Assembly: GCA_963422735.1 (NCBI GenBank)
Contig: OY730476.1
Coordinates: 1,472,001 to 1,536,000, forward strand
Direction: 5' to 3'
Source: Candidatus Latescibacterota bacterium
Lineage (GTDB): Bacteria; Latescibacterota; UBA2968; UBA8231
DNA length: 64,000 nt
A program made the position numbers and the translations under genes. Positions 8,393 to 17,594 of the stretch are shown in pieces (positions within the stretch are counted from its first letter, which is position 1; every line of letters begins with the position of its first letter). The notes under the pieces are model-generated. The model was not told the DNA's origin and did no database searches. It saw only the letters and a program-made list of their open reading frames with translations.

Positions 8393-10554
8393 ATAGATCG
8401 CTCCCCTCTCCGTACGGCCGGCACCTCCAAGGCAGCCAAAACGACGGACTCACTGATGCCGCAGGCCGCTCTCATCTGACGCTGCGCGGCTTTTGGGTCG
8501 GCGCGTTCCTCAGCTTCTTCCTGTCCATTGGCGCACCCTATGCCAACATGGCTATGCGGGCGACCAACATGGCCTTCGACTTCAATACCCCAGGGGCCAT
8601 CTTTCTGTTTCTGGTGCTGGTCGGCTTGCTCAATACGCTCTTCAAGCTCACCGCCCGCGACTTCCGCCTAGCAGTAGGGCTAGCCCTACTGGCCACGGGC
8701 GGCTTTTGCAGCTATTGGGCCAACCGCGGCGCGGTTGATTGGTACTCGCCTGGTTTTTGGTTTGGGGCCTTCCTTGCTCTATCTTCGCTGTGGAACGTGC
8801 CCGTGGTGCAGCGCGGAGGTACCCTCGCGCTCAACCGCGCCGAACTGGTACTGGTGTACGTGATGCTGCTGGTTGTCTCCGCCCTCTGCACCATGGGGCT
8901 AACACAGCAGCTTTTGCCGACTCTCACCGGCATTTTCTACTACGCCTCCCCAGCCAATCAATGGGCCGAAAAGCTCTTTCCGCTCTTTCCCTCGCAGCGC
9001 ATCCTCGTCGATGACGGCGCGGGCAACCGCGGCTTTTACGAGGGTGGTGCGCTCGCCAACGTTCCCTACGCCACTTGGGTTGAACCGCTGTGCTGGTGGG
9101 CACTGCTACTCCTCTCGCTGTACGTGGCGATGGTATCGACGGCCGTGATCTTGCGCCGACAGTGGGTCGAGCGCGAGCGACTGGCCTATCCGCTGACCCA
9201 GCTCGGAGTGGCCATCGTGCAAGGCGAGCGCGGCACCGGGCTGGTCAATGGTTTTCTCAAGCACCGGGCCTTGTGGTGGGGTGCAGCCGTGCCGCTCGCG
9301 TATGGCAGCCTCAAGGCCCTACACCAATACGACCCGTCCTTGCCCAGCTTCGGCCTGATTTGGTGGATACCGTCTTTTATCGGCCAGCAAAGTCTGCAAA
9401 TCTGGATCAGCTTCGCGCTTGTTGGATTTTCTTATCTCATCAGCACTCAAATAGCGGCCGGCATCTGGATTTTCTATCTGCTCTCCAAGGTCGAAGCCGA
9501 GTTCCTCGCCCTATCCGGCCTCAAATCCAACAGCAAATTCGTCTATGGGATCGCGCATGAGCCGCTTTTGGCCTATCAAGGCGGCGGCGCGCTCATCGCC
9601 ATGGTGCTCCTCGGATTGTGGACGGGGCGCGGCCACTTGCGGGACGTATGGCGCAAGGCCCTCAGCCGCAATGCGGACATAGACGATGGCGACGAAATCA
9701 TGTCCTACCGGGCGGCCGTGATCGGGGTGGTCTTCGGCACCGGGGGCATCGTGGGCTGGCTGTGGCTGATGGGCACCCCGCTTTGGGTCGGCGCACTCTT
9801 TGTGGCGGTGGCTTTGTTGGTGTTTATCGGTATCACACGGGTCGTGTGCGAAGCCGGCCTAGCGGCCGTACGCTCGCCCATGATCGCCCCGGATCTCATC
9901 GTGCAGGGCATCGGCTCGCAGGCGATCGGTGCCAGCGGCGTCTTCAACCTTTCCTTTGCCTATATCTGGTCAGCCGACATCCGCATCTTTCTGCTGGCCA
10001 TGGTCGCCAATGGCTTGAAGTTGATCCAAAACATGGATCGCTGCAGTCGGCGCGTCGTCTTCTGGTCGGCGGTGGCAGCCATCTTCATCGGCGTGACGGG
10101 CTCCTGCTGGATGGTCTTCCACCTCGCCTATAAATACGGGGGTATCAACCTCGACGGCTGGCGCTTTCACGGCGGCCCATCAACCATCTACAACGCTGCG
10201 CAGCGTGCATTAGAGCCAGCCGGGGCCGACTGGTTGGGGTTGGCCTTCTTCGCCGGCGGGGCCGTGGTCATGGTCCTGCTTACTTGGGCACGGCAGCACC
10301 TGCTGTGGTGGCCCTTCCATCCAATCGGCTTCCCGATTGGCGCGAACTTCATGCTCGACAAAATCTGGTTTTGCGTACTCTTAGCTTGGGCACTCAAGAA
10401 GCTGATCTTGCGTTTTGGCGGGGCGGCGCACTATCGGAAGAGCCAACACTTCTTTATGGGCTTGATCATGGGCGAGGCCCTGTGCAACGGGCTGTGGCTA
10501 GTCATCGACTACTTCACCGGCAAGGTCGGCAACGCCGTATTCATTCTGGGATGA
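8389..10554 (+). CDS. DUF6785/DUF6784-type polytopic membrane protein (putative OPT-like transporter)
   Basis: Many TM helices; LRRQW.ERERL.YPL, EIMSYR, R...EAG, WWPFHPIGF motifs. Confidence 0.7.
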   Translation: MNRSLPSPYGRHLQGSQNDGLTDAAGRSHLTLRGFWVGAFLSFFLSIGAPYANMAMRATNMAFDFNTPGAIFLFLVLVGLLNTLFKLTARDFRLAVGLALLATGGFCSYWANRGAVDWYSPGFWFGAFLALSSLWNVPVVQRGGTLALNRAELVLVYVMLLVVSALCTMGLTQQLLPTLTGIFYYASPANQWAEKLFPLFPSQRILVDDGAGNRGFYEGGALANVPYATWVEPLCWWALLLLSLYVAMVSTAVILRRQWVERERLAYPLTQLGVAIVQGERGTGLVNGFLKHRALWWGAAVPLAYGSLKALHQYDPSLPSFGLIWWIPSFIGQQSLQIWISFALVGFSYLISTQIAAGIWIFYLLSKVEAEFLALSGLKSNSKFVYGIAHEPLLAYQGGGALIAMVLLGLWTGRGHLRDVWRKALSRNADIDDGDEIMSYRAAVIGVVFGTGGIVGWLWLMGTPLWVGALFVAVALLVFIGITRVVCEAGLAAVRSPMIAPDLIVQGIGSQAIGASGVFNLSFAYIWSADIRIFLLAMVANGLKLIQNMDRCSRRVVFWSAVAAIFIGVTGSCWMVFHLAYKYGGINLDGWRFHGGPSTIYNAAQRALEPAGADWLGLAFFAGGAVVMVLLTWARQHLLWWPFHPIGFPIGANFMLDKIWFCVLLAWALKKLILRFGGAAHYRKSQHFFMGLIMGEALCNGLWLVIDYFTGKVGNAVFILG

Positions 10555-10565
10555 TCCTATATTCC

Positions 10566-10594
10566 TTGACATTGCGGGAGGGCGGGCCTATCTC
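10566..10594 (+). promoter_or_regulatory. Putative sigma70 promoter with very short leader
   Basis: TTGACA-17nt-TATCTC, 9 nt before ATG 10604. Confidence 0.4.
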
Positions 10595-10603
10595 TTTTGC
10601 CCT

Positions 10604-11893
10604 ATGAACCGACTCGTCTTTTGCCTCGCCGCCGCGCTCATCGCCTGCGTCGGCCCCTTCGCCGGTAAGAAGGTTCCACCCTATCTTGCGGCTCCCCCCG
10701 TGCTCAAAGCGACCTTTTCCAGCGAGGAGGCTGCCGCGCATCTGGTCTGGCACCCGGTATCTTCAGCAGGCTTTCTCTACGGCGAAATTCAACGCGCCGC
10801 CGGGGGCGAGTTCGCGGCCATAGCGCACGTGGAATCTGCAGCCGACACCACCTTTACAGACGCCGGCCTATTGGCCAACACGCATTACAGCTACCGGGTC
10901 GTCAGCTTCTTCGGCGAGGACGAGAACGTACACAAGCTGGCCAGCACGACGGCCGCAGGCGGATTCCATCGCCGCGTCGCAAGTTGGGCACTGGCCGAGG
11001 GCACAGCCCCCATGCGGCTGGCCATCAGCCGCGATGGCACGGTTTTTGTCGTCGGCGCGGGCAAAGGACGCGTCGAGCGCTTCGACCGCGCGGGCCACGC
11101 CTTGGACGCATGGGTCTATACCACTGAGCCACTGGCTTGTATGGAAACGAGTGCGCTGGACGGGCCGGCGTTGGCCCTCGACGACGACGATCACCTCTAC
11201 GTAGTGTACAACCTGCACCGCCCGAGCCAGAAGCCAGAGGCATTTTGGGCGAAATTCGCCCCGGATGGTCGGCTGCTGTGGACGCGCCCACTAGCCGGGC
11301 TGTTCGCCCGCCACATCGTCATCGACGGCGATGCCATCTACATCGAGAGCATCAGCCAATTGCAGCTATTCGACCAAGCCGGAGAGCAGCAAGTCCAGTA
11401 CGCCATCCCGGCCCTGCTGGTGGCTAGTCTGCGGCTTTGGCAAGGGCGTTTCGCCGCGCTGATCGAGTCATTGGCCCTGCGCACTGGCGACTGGCAGGCA
11501 CCTCGGCTAGTCGTGTACGACGACCCACAGCGCGCCTCAGCCAGCCGCGTCATTGGCCGCGATCCCAAATCGCATCAGGACCGCGGCAACGGGCTTTTGC
11601 TGCGGCCCACCGACTTTGCCGTCGATGAAGCCACCGACCGGGCTTTCGTGGTCAATGCCGGCCATAGCCGCATCGAGGTGTTCCAGCGGGGGCGCTACTT
11701 GACGCGCTGGGGCGAGGAGGGCGAGGAGGACGATCAGTTCCGCTTCACAGGCCGCATCCAAATCGTCGTCGATATGGCCACTGGTGAAGAAAGCGAGCGC
11801 GAGGTAGTGGCCGGCGGCATCGCCCGCGACGCCGAGGGATTTATTTACGTGGCCGATACGTTCAACGATCGGATTCAGAAGTTCCAACCATGA
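10604..11893 (+). CDS. Lipoprotein with FN3-like domain and NHL beta-propeller
   Basis: LIAC lipobox; FTDAGLLANTHYSYRV; IYVADTFNDRIQKF. Confidence 0.75.
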   Translation: MNRLVFCLAAALIACVGPFAGKKVPPYLAAPPVLKATFSSEEAAAHLVWHPVSSAGFLYGEIQRAAGGEFAAIAHVESAADTTFTDAGLLANTHYSYRVVSFFGEDENVHKLASTTAAGGFHRRVASWALAEGTAPMRLAISRDGTVFVVGAGKGRVERFDRAGHALDAWVYTTEPLACMETSALDGPALALDDDDHLYVVYNLHRPSQKPEAFWAKFAPDGRLLWTRPLAGLFARHIVIDGDAIYIESISQLQLFDQAGEQQVQYAIPALLVASLRLWQGRFAALIESLALRTGDWQAPRLVVYDDPQRASASRVIGRDPKSHQDRGNGLLLRPTDFAVDEATDRAFVVNAGHSRIEVFQRGRYLTRWGEEGEEDDQFRFTGRIQIVVDMATGEESEREVVAGGIARDAEGFIYVADTFNDRIQKFQP

Positions 11894-12825
11894 AGGCCGC
11901 ACTCGCGTTTCTATTGCTGGCCTTGCTGTGCAGCGAGGGCCAAGCCCAGCGCCAAAACAAGCGGGGGTACAATCTCTGGGCTAAAGAGAAGATCCGCTAT
12001 CTCAACGCCAAGGTCACCATCGAACCCTACAATCCGCAACTGCGCGTCCTCCTCGCCAACGCTTGCTTTGAAGATGGACAAAAGTACGAGGCCAAAAAGC
12101 TGCTGCGCGAGGCATTGCAGCTCGACCCCAACTACGCCGAGGCGCACTGCAACCTCGCGGTCATGCTCCACGGCGAGGGATACGACCGCGAGGCCAAGCA
12201 CCACTACGAGGAAGCCCTGCGGCTGGATTCGCTGATGGTCGAAGCCATAGCCGGGCTGGGGACCTTGCTCTGCCGCACCGAGCGCCAAGCCGAGGGTCTC
12301 GAATACCTCGAAAAGGTCGTCGCGATCCAGCCCGATCACGTCAGCGCCCGCTTTAACATGGCCGTGGCCTATCACAAGGTTGGCGACTTCAAAAAGTCCA
12401 TCGAACACCTAGAGACCTTGTTGCAGGTCGATTTCAAATATCGCGGTGCGCGCCGTGCGCTGGCCCGCGCTTACTACAGCCTCGGGCTGTTGCGCCTGCA
12501 AGCCCAACGGCCCGAGTTGGCACTCGCCGTGCTGGCCAAGGCCGTCGAATACGAGCAAGACAACGAAAGCATGTTCTTCGCCAAGGGCCTTGCCCACCTC
12601 GACAGCGGCGATCTCGTCGGGGCCGAAGCGGCCTTTAAGCAGGCCATTGCACTGTCTGGCGATCACATTCCAGCTCTGCACAACCTCGGCGTGATCTGCG
12701 AAAAGACCGAGCGATATGCGGAAGCCGTCCAATACTACGGCAAGGTCCAGCAGCTAGCCCCACATCTAGCGACGATCGAAGCAGTCAAACACGCCTCGTA
12801 CAACGTGAATTACTTGATCGAATGA
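11890..12825 (+). CDS. Secreted tetratricopeptide repeat protein
   Basis: ALQLDPNYAEAHCNLA-type repeats; signal peptide. Confidence 0.85.
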   Translation: MKAALAFLLLALLCSEGQAQRQNKRGYNLWAKEKIRYLNAKVTIEPYNPQLRVLLANACFEDGQKYEAKKLLREALQLDPNYAEAHCNLAVMLHGEGYDREAKHHYEEALRLDSLMVEAIAGLGTLLCRTERQAEGLEYLEKVVAIQPDHVSARFNMAVAYHKVGDFKKSIEHLETLLQVDFKYRGARRALARAYYSLGLLRLQAQRPELALAVLAKAVEYEQDNESMFFAKGLAHLDSGDLVGAEAAFKQAIALSGDHIPALHNLGVICEKTERYAEAVQYYGKVQQLAPHLATIEAVKHASYNVNYLIE

Positions 12826-12827
12826 GT

Positions 12828-12856
12828 TTGACTTTTGCTCGGCTAACACGTACACT
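12828..12856 (+). promoter_or_regulatory. Putative sigma70 promoter of infA
   Basis: TTGACT-17nt-TACACT. Confidence 0.55.
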
Positions 12857-12938
12857 CTGTATTTTTTGCAAGCCGCTTTAGCGGCTGTTTTTCCATGGCG
12901 CGGAAAACGCCGCCCCCCATCTCCTTAAGGCGAAAGCA

Positions 12939-13157
12939 ATGGCCAAAGAGGAAGCAATCGAAGTCCAAGCAGTGGTCAAAGAGGCCCTGCCCAACGGCTA
13001 CTTCAAGTGCGAGATGGAAAATAGCCACGAGATTATGGCCCATGTCTCCGGCAAGATGCGCAAGTACTACATTCGCGTGCTTCCGGGCGACCAAGTCACC
13101 GTGGCCCTTTCGCCCTATGATTTGAGCCGCGGACGCATCACTTTCCGCAACCGCTGA
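12939..13157 (+). CDS. infA: Translation initiation factor IF-1
   Basis: MAKEEAIE...[31 protein letters not shown]. Confidence 0.97.
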   Translation: MAKEEAIEVQAVVKEALPNGYFKCEMENSHEIMAHVSGKMRKYYIRVLPGDQVTVALSPYDLSRGRITFRNR

Positions 13158-13203
13158 GACGCTGCAAGGCCGTCTCGATGAGCCTCACACCTGATCAAGT
13201 CAC

Positions 13204-14778
13204 ATGGAGAGGAACCAGACTAGTACGCATCGGGCTTGGCCCTTCCAAGAGGCGGCACAGATCGTCGAGCAGCGCCGGCCTAGCGGGGCTAGTCCGGTGC
13301 TATTCGAGACTGGCTTTGGCCCCAGCGGCTTTCCTCATCTAGGGCACTTTTCAGAAGGCGTCCGCACCTCCTGGGTGCGCAACGCCTGTGAGTACCTCTA
13401 CGGATTAAAGACCCGCTTACTCTGCTTCAGCGACGACATGGATGGCCTGCGCAAGGTGCCCAGCAACTTGCCGCAGCCCGACATGCTCGCCGCCCACCTC
13501 GGCAAACCCCTACACGCTGTCCCAGATCCCTTTGGTTGCTGTGCGAGTTTCAGCGACCACATGAACGCCAAGCTGTGCGAGTTTTTCAACGCGTCCGGCT
13601 TCGACTACGAGTTCCGAAGCTCGCGTGATGTCTACGTGCGCGGCGACTTCGACGAAGGGCTTTCGATTCTCCTAGACAAAGCCGAGGAAGTTCGCCAGAC
13701 CATCGTGCCCACGCTGCGGGAACAAAATCGCCAGCACTGGTCGCCCTTCTTCCCAATTTGTCCCAACTGTGGCTCGATCATGGCCACGCGAGTCACCGCT
13801 TACCACCCCAGCCGGGGCAGCGTGAGTTTCACCTGCGACCTCGATACCGGCCACTACACCGGGTGTGGCGAGAGCGGCGAGCAGTCGGTGCTCGGCGGCA
13901 ACGCCAAGGTGGGCTGGAAAGTCGATTGGGCACTGCGCTGGTACGCCTATGAGGTTGATTATGAAATGTACGGCAAAGACCTCATCGACTCGGTGCGCCA
14001 GTCCTCCCGCATTGTGCGCCTGATGGGCAAGCAGCCGCCAGTCGGCTTGTGCTACGAGTTTTTTCTCGACGAGGAAGGGCGAGGGTTGGCGAGTAGTGCC
14101 GGCCGCATGGGGGTGACGGTGGATGCGTGGAAGAAGTACGCGCCTATAGAATCCCTGCTTTTCTTTTTGTTCCAAAATCCCAAGCGGGCCAAGCGGCTGC
14201 ACTGGGATATCGTCCCCAAGTGCGTTGACGACTATCTCGATGCACTGCGGCTCTATCCCGATGTGGTAGAGGAAAAGCAGCCCGAGCAAGCTGTCTGGCA
14301 TATCGGCGACCGCGGCGCAGTCGTACCCGAGTACGCGTCCCGGGTCAACTTCTCGACGGTCAACAATCTGATCTCGGCCTTGGGAGTGGATTCGGTCGAA
14401 GTGTTGGGCGACTATCTGGCGCGCTACGACGCGCAGGCTTCTACCTATCCGCAGGTAACGCAGGCACTGGTGGAGAAGGGGTTTAACTACTACCGAGATG
14501 TGGTGTTGCCGAACAAGCACTTTCGTCCGCCCTCGGACGAGGAGCGGGCGCTCCTAGGGCAGTTGGCCGAGCGGCTGAGCGCGATCAACGGGGCCACGGA
14601 GGAGGAATTGCAGGCCATTCCGTTCGATTTGGCCCGCGAGGTCGGAGTCCCCCCCAAGTCGCTGTTTCGGATGTTTTACGAAGTGGTGCTGGGGCAGGAG
14701 CAAGGGCCGCGGTTTGGGTCGCTTGTGCAGCTAGTAGGGCGGGAGCAGGTAGTGAAGATGGTGCGGGAGAAAGCGTAG
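13204..14778 (+). CDS. lysS: Lysine--tRNA ligase, class I (degenerate KMSKS)
   Basis: WPFQEA, ETGFGPSG.PHLG, SDDMDGLRKVP, WKVDWALRW, YGKDL, QGPRFG. Confidence 0.88.
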   Translation: MERNQTSTHRAWPFQEAAQIVEQRRPSGASPVLFETGFGPSGFPHLGHFSEGVRTSWVRNACEYLYGLKTRLLCFSDDMDGLRKVPSNLPQPDMLAAHLGKPLHAVPDPFGCCASFSDHMNAKLCEFFNASGFDYEFRSSRDVYVRGDFDEGLSILLDKAEEVRQTIVPTLREQNRQHWSPFFPICPNCGSIMATRVTAYHPSRGSVSFTCDLDTGHYTGCGESGEQSVLGGNAKVGWKVDWALRWYAYEVDYEMYGKDLIDSVRQSSRIVRLMGKQPPVGLCYEFFLDEEGRGLASSAGRMGVTVDAWKKYAPIESLLFFLFQNPKRAKRLHWDIVPKCVDDYLDALRLYPDVVEEKQPEQAVWHIGDRGAVVPEYASRVNFSTVNNLISALGVDSVEVLGDYLARYDAQASTYPQVTQALVEKGFNYYRDVVLPNKHFRPPSDEERALLGQLAERLSAINGATEEELQAIPFDLAREVGVPPKSLFRMFYEVVLGQEQGPRFGSLVQLVGREQVVKMVREKA

Positions 14779-14850
14779 CGCAGACAGGAACATTCGCCGG
14801 AATTGCGAGGGTGCGGTAGGTACCGCGCCCTCTTTTTTGTGGAGCGAACC

Positions 14851-15780
14851 GTGGGAGATCAACAGGACCTTTTTTTCGAAATCATGCCGCCGGCCAAGCC
14901 TCGGCACGTCGAACGGATGCAGCAGGTGCAAGAGGAGTTGCCCGCGCGGCTTTTTTTGGGGACGACGAGTTGGTCGAATGAGGATTGGGAAGGGCTGATC
15001 TATCCAGAGGGCTGCGCCGCGGCCGATTACATAGAGCACTATGCAAAGGTCTTCAGGAGTGTGGAGATTGACTCGACTTGGTATCGGGTGCCGACGCCAA
15101 AGGCGATCGAAGGATGGCTGCGGCGGACGCCTCCGCACTTTCGCTTTACCGCCAAAATCCCCCGAGTGATCAGTCACGAGAAAATGCTCATTGACTGCAT
15201 GGAGGAGATGGAGGCCTTCCTCGACGCGATGGCCCCGTTGGGCGAGCGGTTGGGGCCGCTGCTGATGCAGTTTCCATACATTGCGCGGGGACAGGACGCC
15301 CACGAAAACGAGTACGGCAGCGCGTTCACTAAGCGCCTAGCGGCATTTTTACCGCAGCTGCCTACGGGCGAGTTCCACTTTGCAGTGGAGGTGCGCAACG
15401 GGAGCTGGTTGCGGGCGGAACTGTTGGACTTGCTGCGCGAACACGGAGTGGCACTGGTGCTGAACAACTACTATACCATGCCGAGCCTAGAGGAGACTCT
15501 CAAGCGGGTCAATCCATTAACGGCCGACTTCCTCTACGTGCGCTTTTTGGGAGATCGCAAAAAGATGGACGCCTATGTCGAGGAGCGAATTCACCGAGGC
15601 GAACAGGAGCGGCATTGGGACCGCCTCGTCTGGGACCGCGCCGCCGAGACCCAGCACTGGGCACAACAGGTGCGGGAGCTGGCGGAGGCTGTGCCGGAGC
15701 GGGATGTGTACGTGTTTTTTAACAATCACTACGCCGGGTACGCGCCCGGTTCACTCGGCATTTTTGCTCAGGCGTGGTAA
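14851..15780 (+). CDS. DUF72 (YecE-like) protein
   Basis: GTTSW..W.G.IYP, VEIDSTWY, FAVEVR, YVRFLG, VFFNNHY.GYAP. Confidence 0.9.
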   Translation: MGDQQDLFFEIMPPAKPRHVERMQQVQEELPARLFLGTTSWSNEDWEGLIYPEGCAAADYIEHYAKVFRSVEIDSTWYRVPTPKAIEGWLRRTPPHFRFTAKIPRVISHEKMLIDCMEEMEAFLDAMAPLGERLGPLLMQFPYIARGQDAHENEYGSAFTKRLAAFLPQLPTGEFHFAVEVRNGSWLRAELLDLLREHGVALVLNNYYTMPSLEETLKRVNPLTADFLYVRFLGDRKKMDAYVEERIHRGEQERHWDRLVWDRAAETQHWAQQVRELAEAVPERDVYVFFNNHYAGYAPGSLGIFAQAW

Positions 15781-15891
15781 GGAGTGACATTGGACGGTTT
15801 GATTGCCCCACACGAATAAATCATACTGCTTGAAGCTTGTGTCTGAAGGAGGAGGAGGAACTCGAACCAATCAACGCAAAAGAGGATAGAT

Positions 15892-16195
15892 ATGCGTTAC
15901 GTTTGCTGTGCCGTATTACTCTTTTTTGTTCTGTCCTGTCAAGCGACGAAGGCAGGAATACGAGGGGACGAGAGGGGAATCGCACCAGCTTCTCAGGGAA
16001 ACTACGACTTGAATGCCCTTGAGTCATAGTCAAGCCTGAAAAGATCGAAGTGGGTGACACGGTGACCCTCGAGGCGTTCTTCGACAACAATGGGAAGAGA
16101 AAATTTATTGATTGCGAACCGGGTCCTCGAATCCTGTCAAGGCTTACCAAGCGACAACTTCGACCTTCGCCTCGAAAAGTCGCTCCAGCGACAAT
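15892..16195 (+). pseudogene. Frameshifted lipoprotein remnant
   Basis: MRYVCCAVLLFFVLSC lipobox with GAGG SD; continues out of frame as VKPEKIEVGDTVTLEAFFDN. Confidence 0.35.
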
Positions 16196-16198
16196 TTG

Positions 16199-16451
16199 TT
16201 ATTGACGATAGACTTCCCGACTATGTTACATCAACGCGGTTCCTGCCGTCATCTATTTGATGGAGGATGAGGTACTCCCCGACACGTACTCGCCAACCAG
16301 AAGCTGTACGCCCTGAAAGTTTAACGACGCCATCTGGACGAGGATCACTTGCTAACTGACGGAACATAGCATCGATGCGTCTGATAGCTTCTCGTGGCAG
16401 CCTCCGAAATTCTCGTTCAGCACGACGTTCTAAATGGATGGTATAACCCAT
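16199..16451 (-). pseudogene. RelE/ParE toxin with 3' frameshift
   Basis: PRPDGVVKLSG..WRVRVGEY; the terminal HSREVYRQ lies in another frame. Confidence 0.75.
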
Positions 16452-16459
16452 CGCATCGG

Positions 16460-16660
16460 TCAAAATTTTCCTTCTTTTTTATTTCTGCCCGTATTTCAGT
16501 ATATTCCCGAAAATCGGTTGCCCTTTCAACGGCCCGATCCAGCCTAAAGCATCTTCTAAATCCTGAAGTCGTTGCATCAGAGAGCGATAATCTTCCATCG
16601 ATAGAACAGTTGCTGTTTTTCGTCCTTTTTCATTGACAACATATTTCGGCTTGATATTGC
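16460..16660 (-). pseudogene. Cognate antitoxin, frameshifted, start lost
   Basis: KPKYVVNEKGRKTATVLSMEDYRSLMQRLQDLEDAL / LDRAVERATDFREY. Confidence 0.6.
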
Positions 16661-16695
16661 AAGGTGGTCTCGCTTCCCAACAAAAGCCTGCGCCT

Positions 16696-17007
16696 CTATT
16701 CGGGCAGCGCGATGTGGGGGTCGTCGGGGTCGGGACGATAGAGGAGCAGAGTGTTGCCCAAAACTTGCACTAGGTGTGCCTCGGTAGCGGCGGCAAGCTG
16801 CTCGCCGACTTCGCGGCGGTCGAGCAGACTGTTGCGCTCGCAGCGCACCTTGACCAACTCGCTGTTGGCGTACGCTTCGTTAAGCGAGCGGATAACGGCG
16901 GCGGAAAGGCCCTCTTTGCCCAAATAGACGGTCGGGCGCAGCGCGTTGCCTAAGCGGCGCAAGTAGCGGCGGTCTTTGCCGCGGAGCTTAGGTGGGGAGT
17001 CTGTCAT
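16696..17007 (-). CDS. yhbY: YhbY/CRM-domain RNA-binding protein
   Basis: RRYLRRLG..LRPTVYLGKEGLS...ELVKVR...VQVLGNTLLLYR. Confidence 0.9.
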   Translation of the reverse strand: MTDSPPKLRGKDRRYLRRLGNALRPTVYLGKEGLSAAVIRSLNEAYANSELVKVRCERNSLLDRREVGEQLAAATEAHLVQVLGNTLLLYRPDPDDPHIALPE

Positions 17008-17074
17008 GATCTATAGGCTCTATCTGTAGCGGCTTGTTAAGCTCTAACAGATACGACTTGCCCGTTCTCGATTG

Positions 17075-17296
17075 TTCTCAGTACGCAGTGGCGCGAGAGC
17101 TTCGTAGCGATTGCCCTTCGCTTCCAATAACACAATGCCCATCTTAATCTCGCCGAGGCTCCATTGTGCCAAGACATCGAATTCGCTCTCCGCGCTCTTC
17201 ACTTCCAACCCCGATAGCCAACCGCAATAACCTCGACCCCTGTCTCAAAAGTGGCCTCAGTTTGTACGGTATATTCTCGTCAAGCAGCACGCGCAT
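17075..17296 (-). pseudogene. DUF5615 PIN-like toxin remnant
   Basis: MRVLLDENIPYKL overlapping the DUF433 stop; frameshifts and deletions downstream. Confidence 0.7.
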
Positions 17297-17492
17297 CGGC
17301 TACTTCCAGCGTCATCTCTAAATAGGCGACTGCTTGCTCTCGCGATACAGTTGGGAAGTCTTCAAGGAATTTGTCGAGCGAGTCCCCAGCGACAATATGT
17401 TGAATCAAAATTCCAACGGGAACGCGGGTTCCGGCAAAAACTAAGGCACCATTCACAACCGCCGGATTACGGGAGATAATTGCCTGCTTCAT
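17280..17492 (-). CDS. DUF433 antitoxin
   Basis: P.VVNGALVFAGTRVPV...GDSLDKFLEDFPTVSREQ. Confidence 0.9.
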   Translation of the reverse strand: MKQAIISRNPAVVNGALVFAGTRVPVGILIQHIVAGDSLDKFLEDFPTVSREQAVAYLEMTLEVADARAA

Positions 17493-17594
17493 AGGTTGGA
17501 CCTCCGTCTCTAAGACTGCGATAGCCTAGGCATCGAATATAGACGCGCCCGCCGCTCTTGTCGAAGTGGAACGATTTTTGCCGTTGGACTTGGT

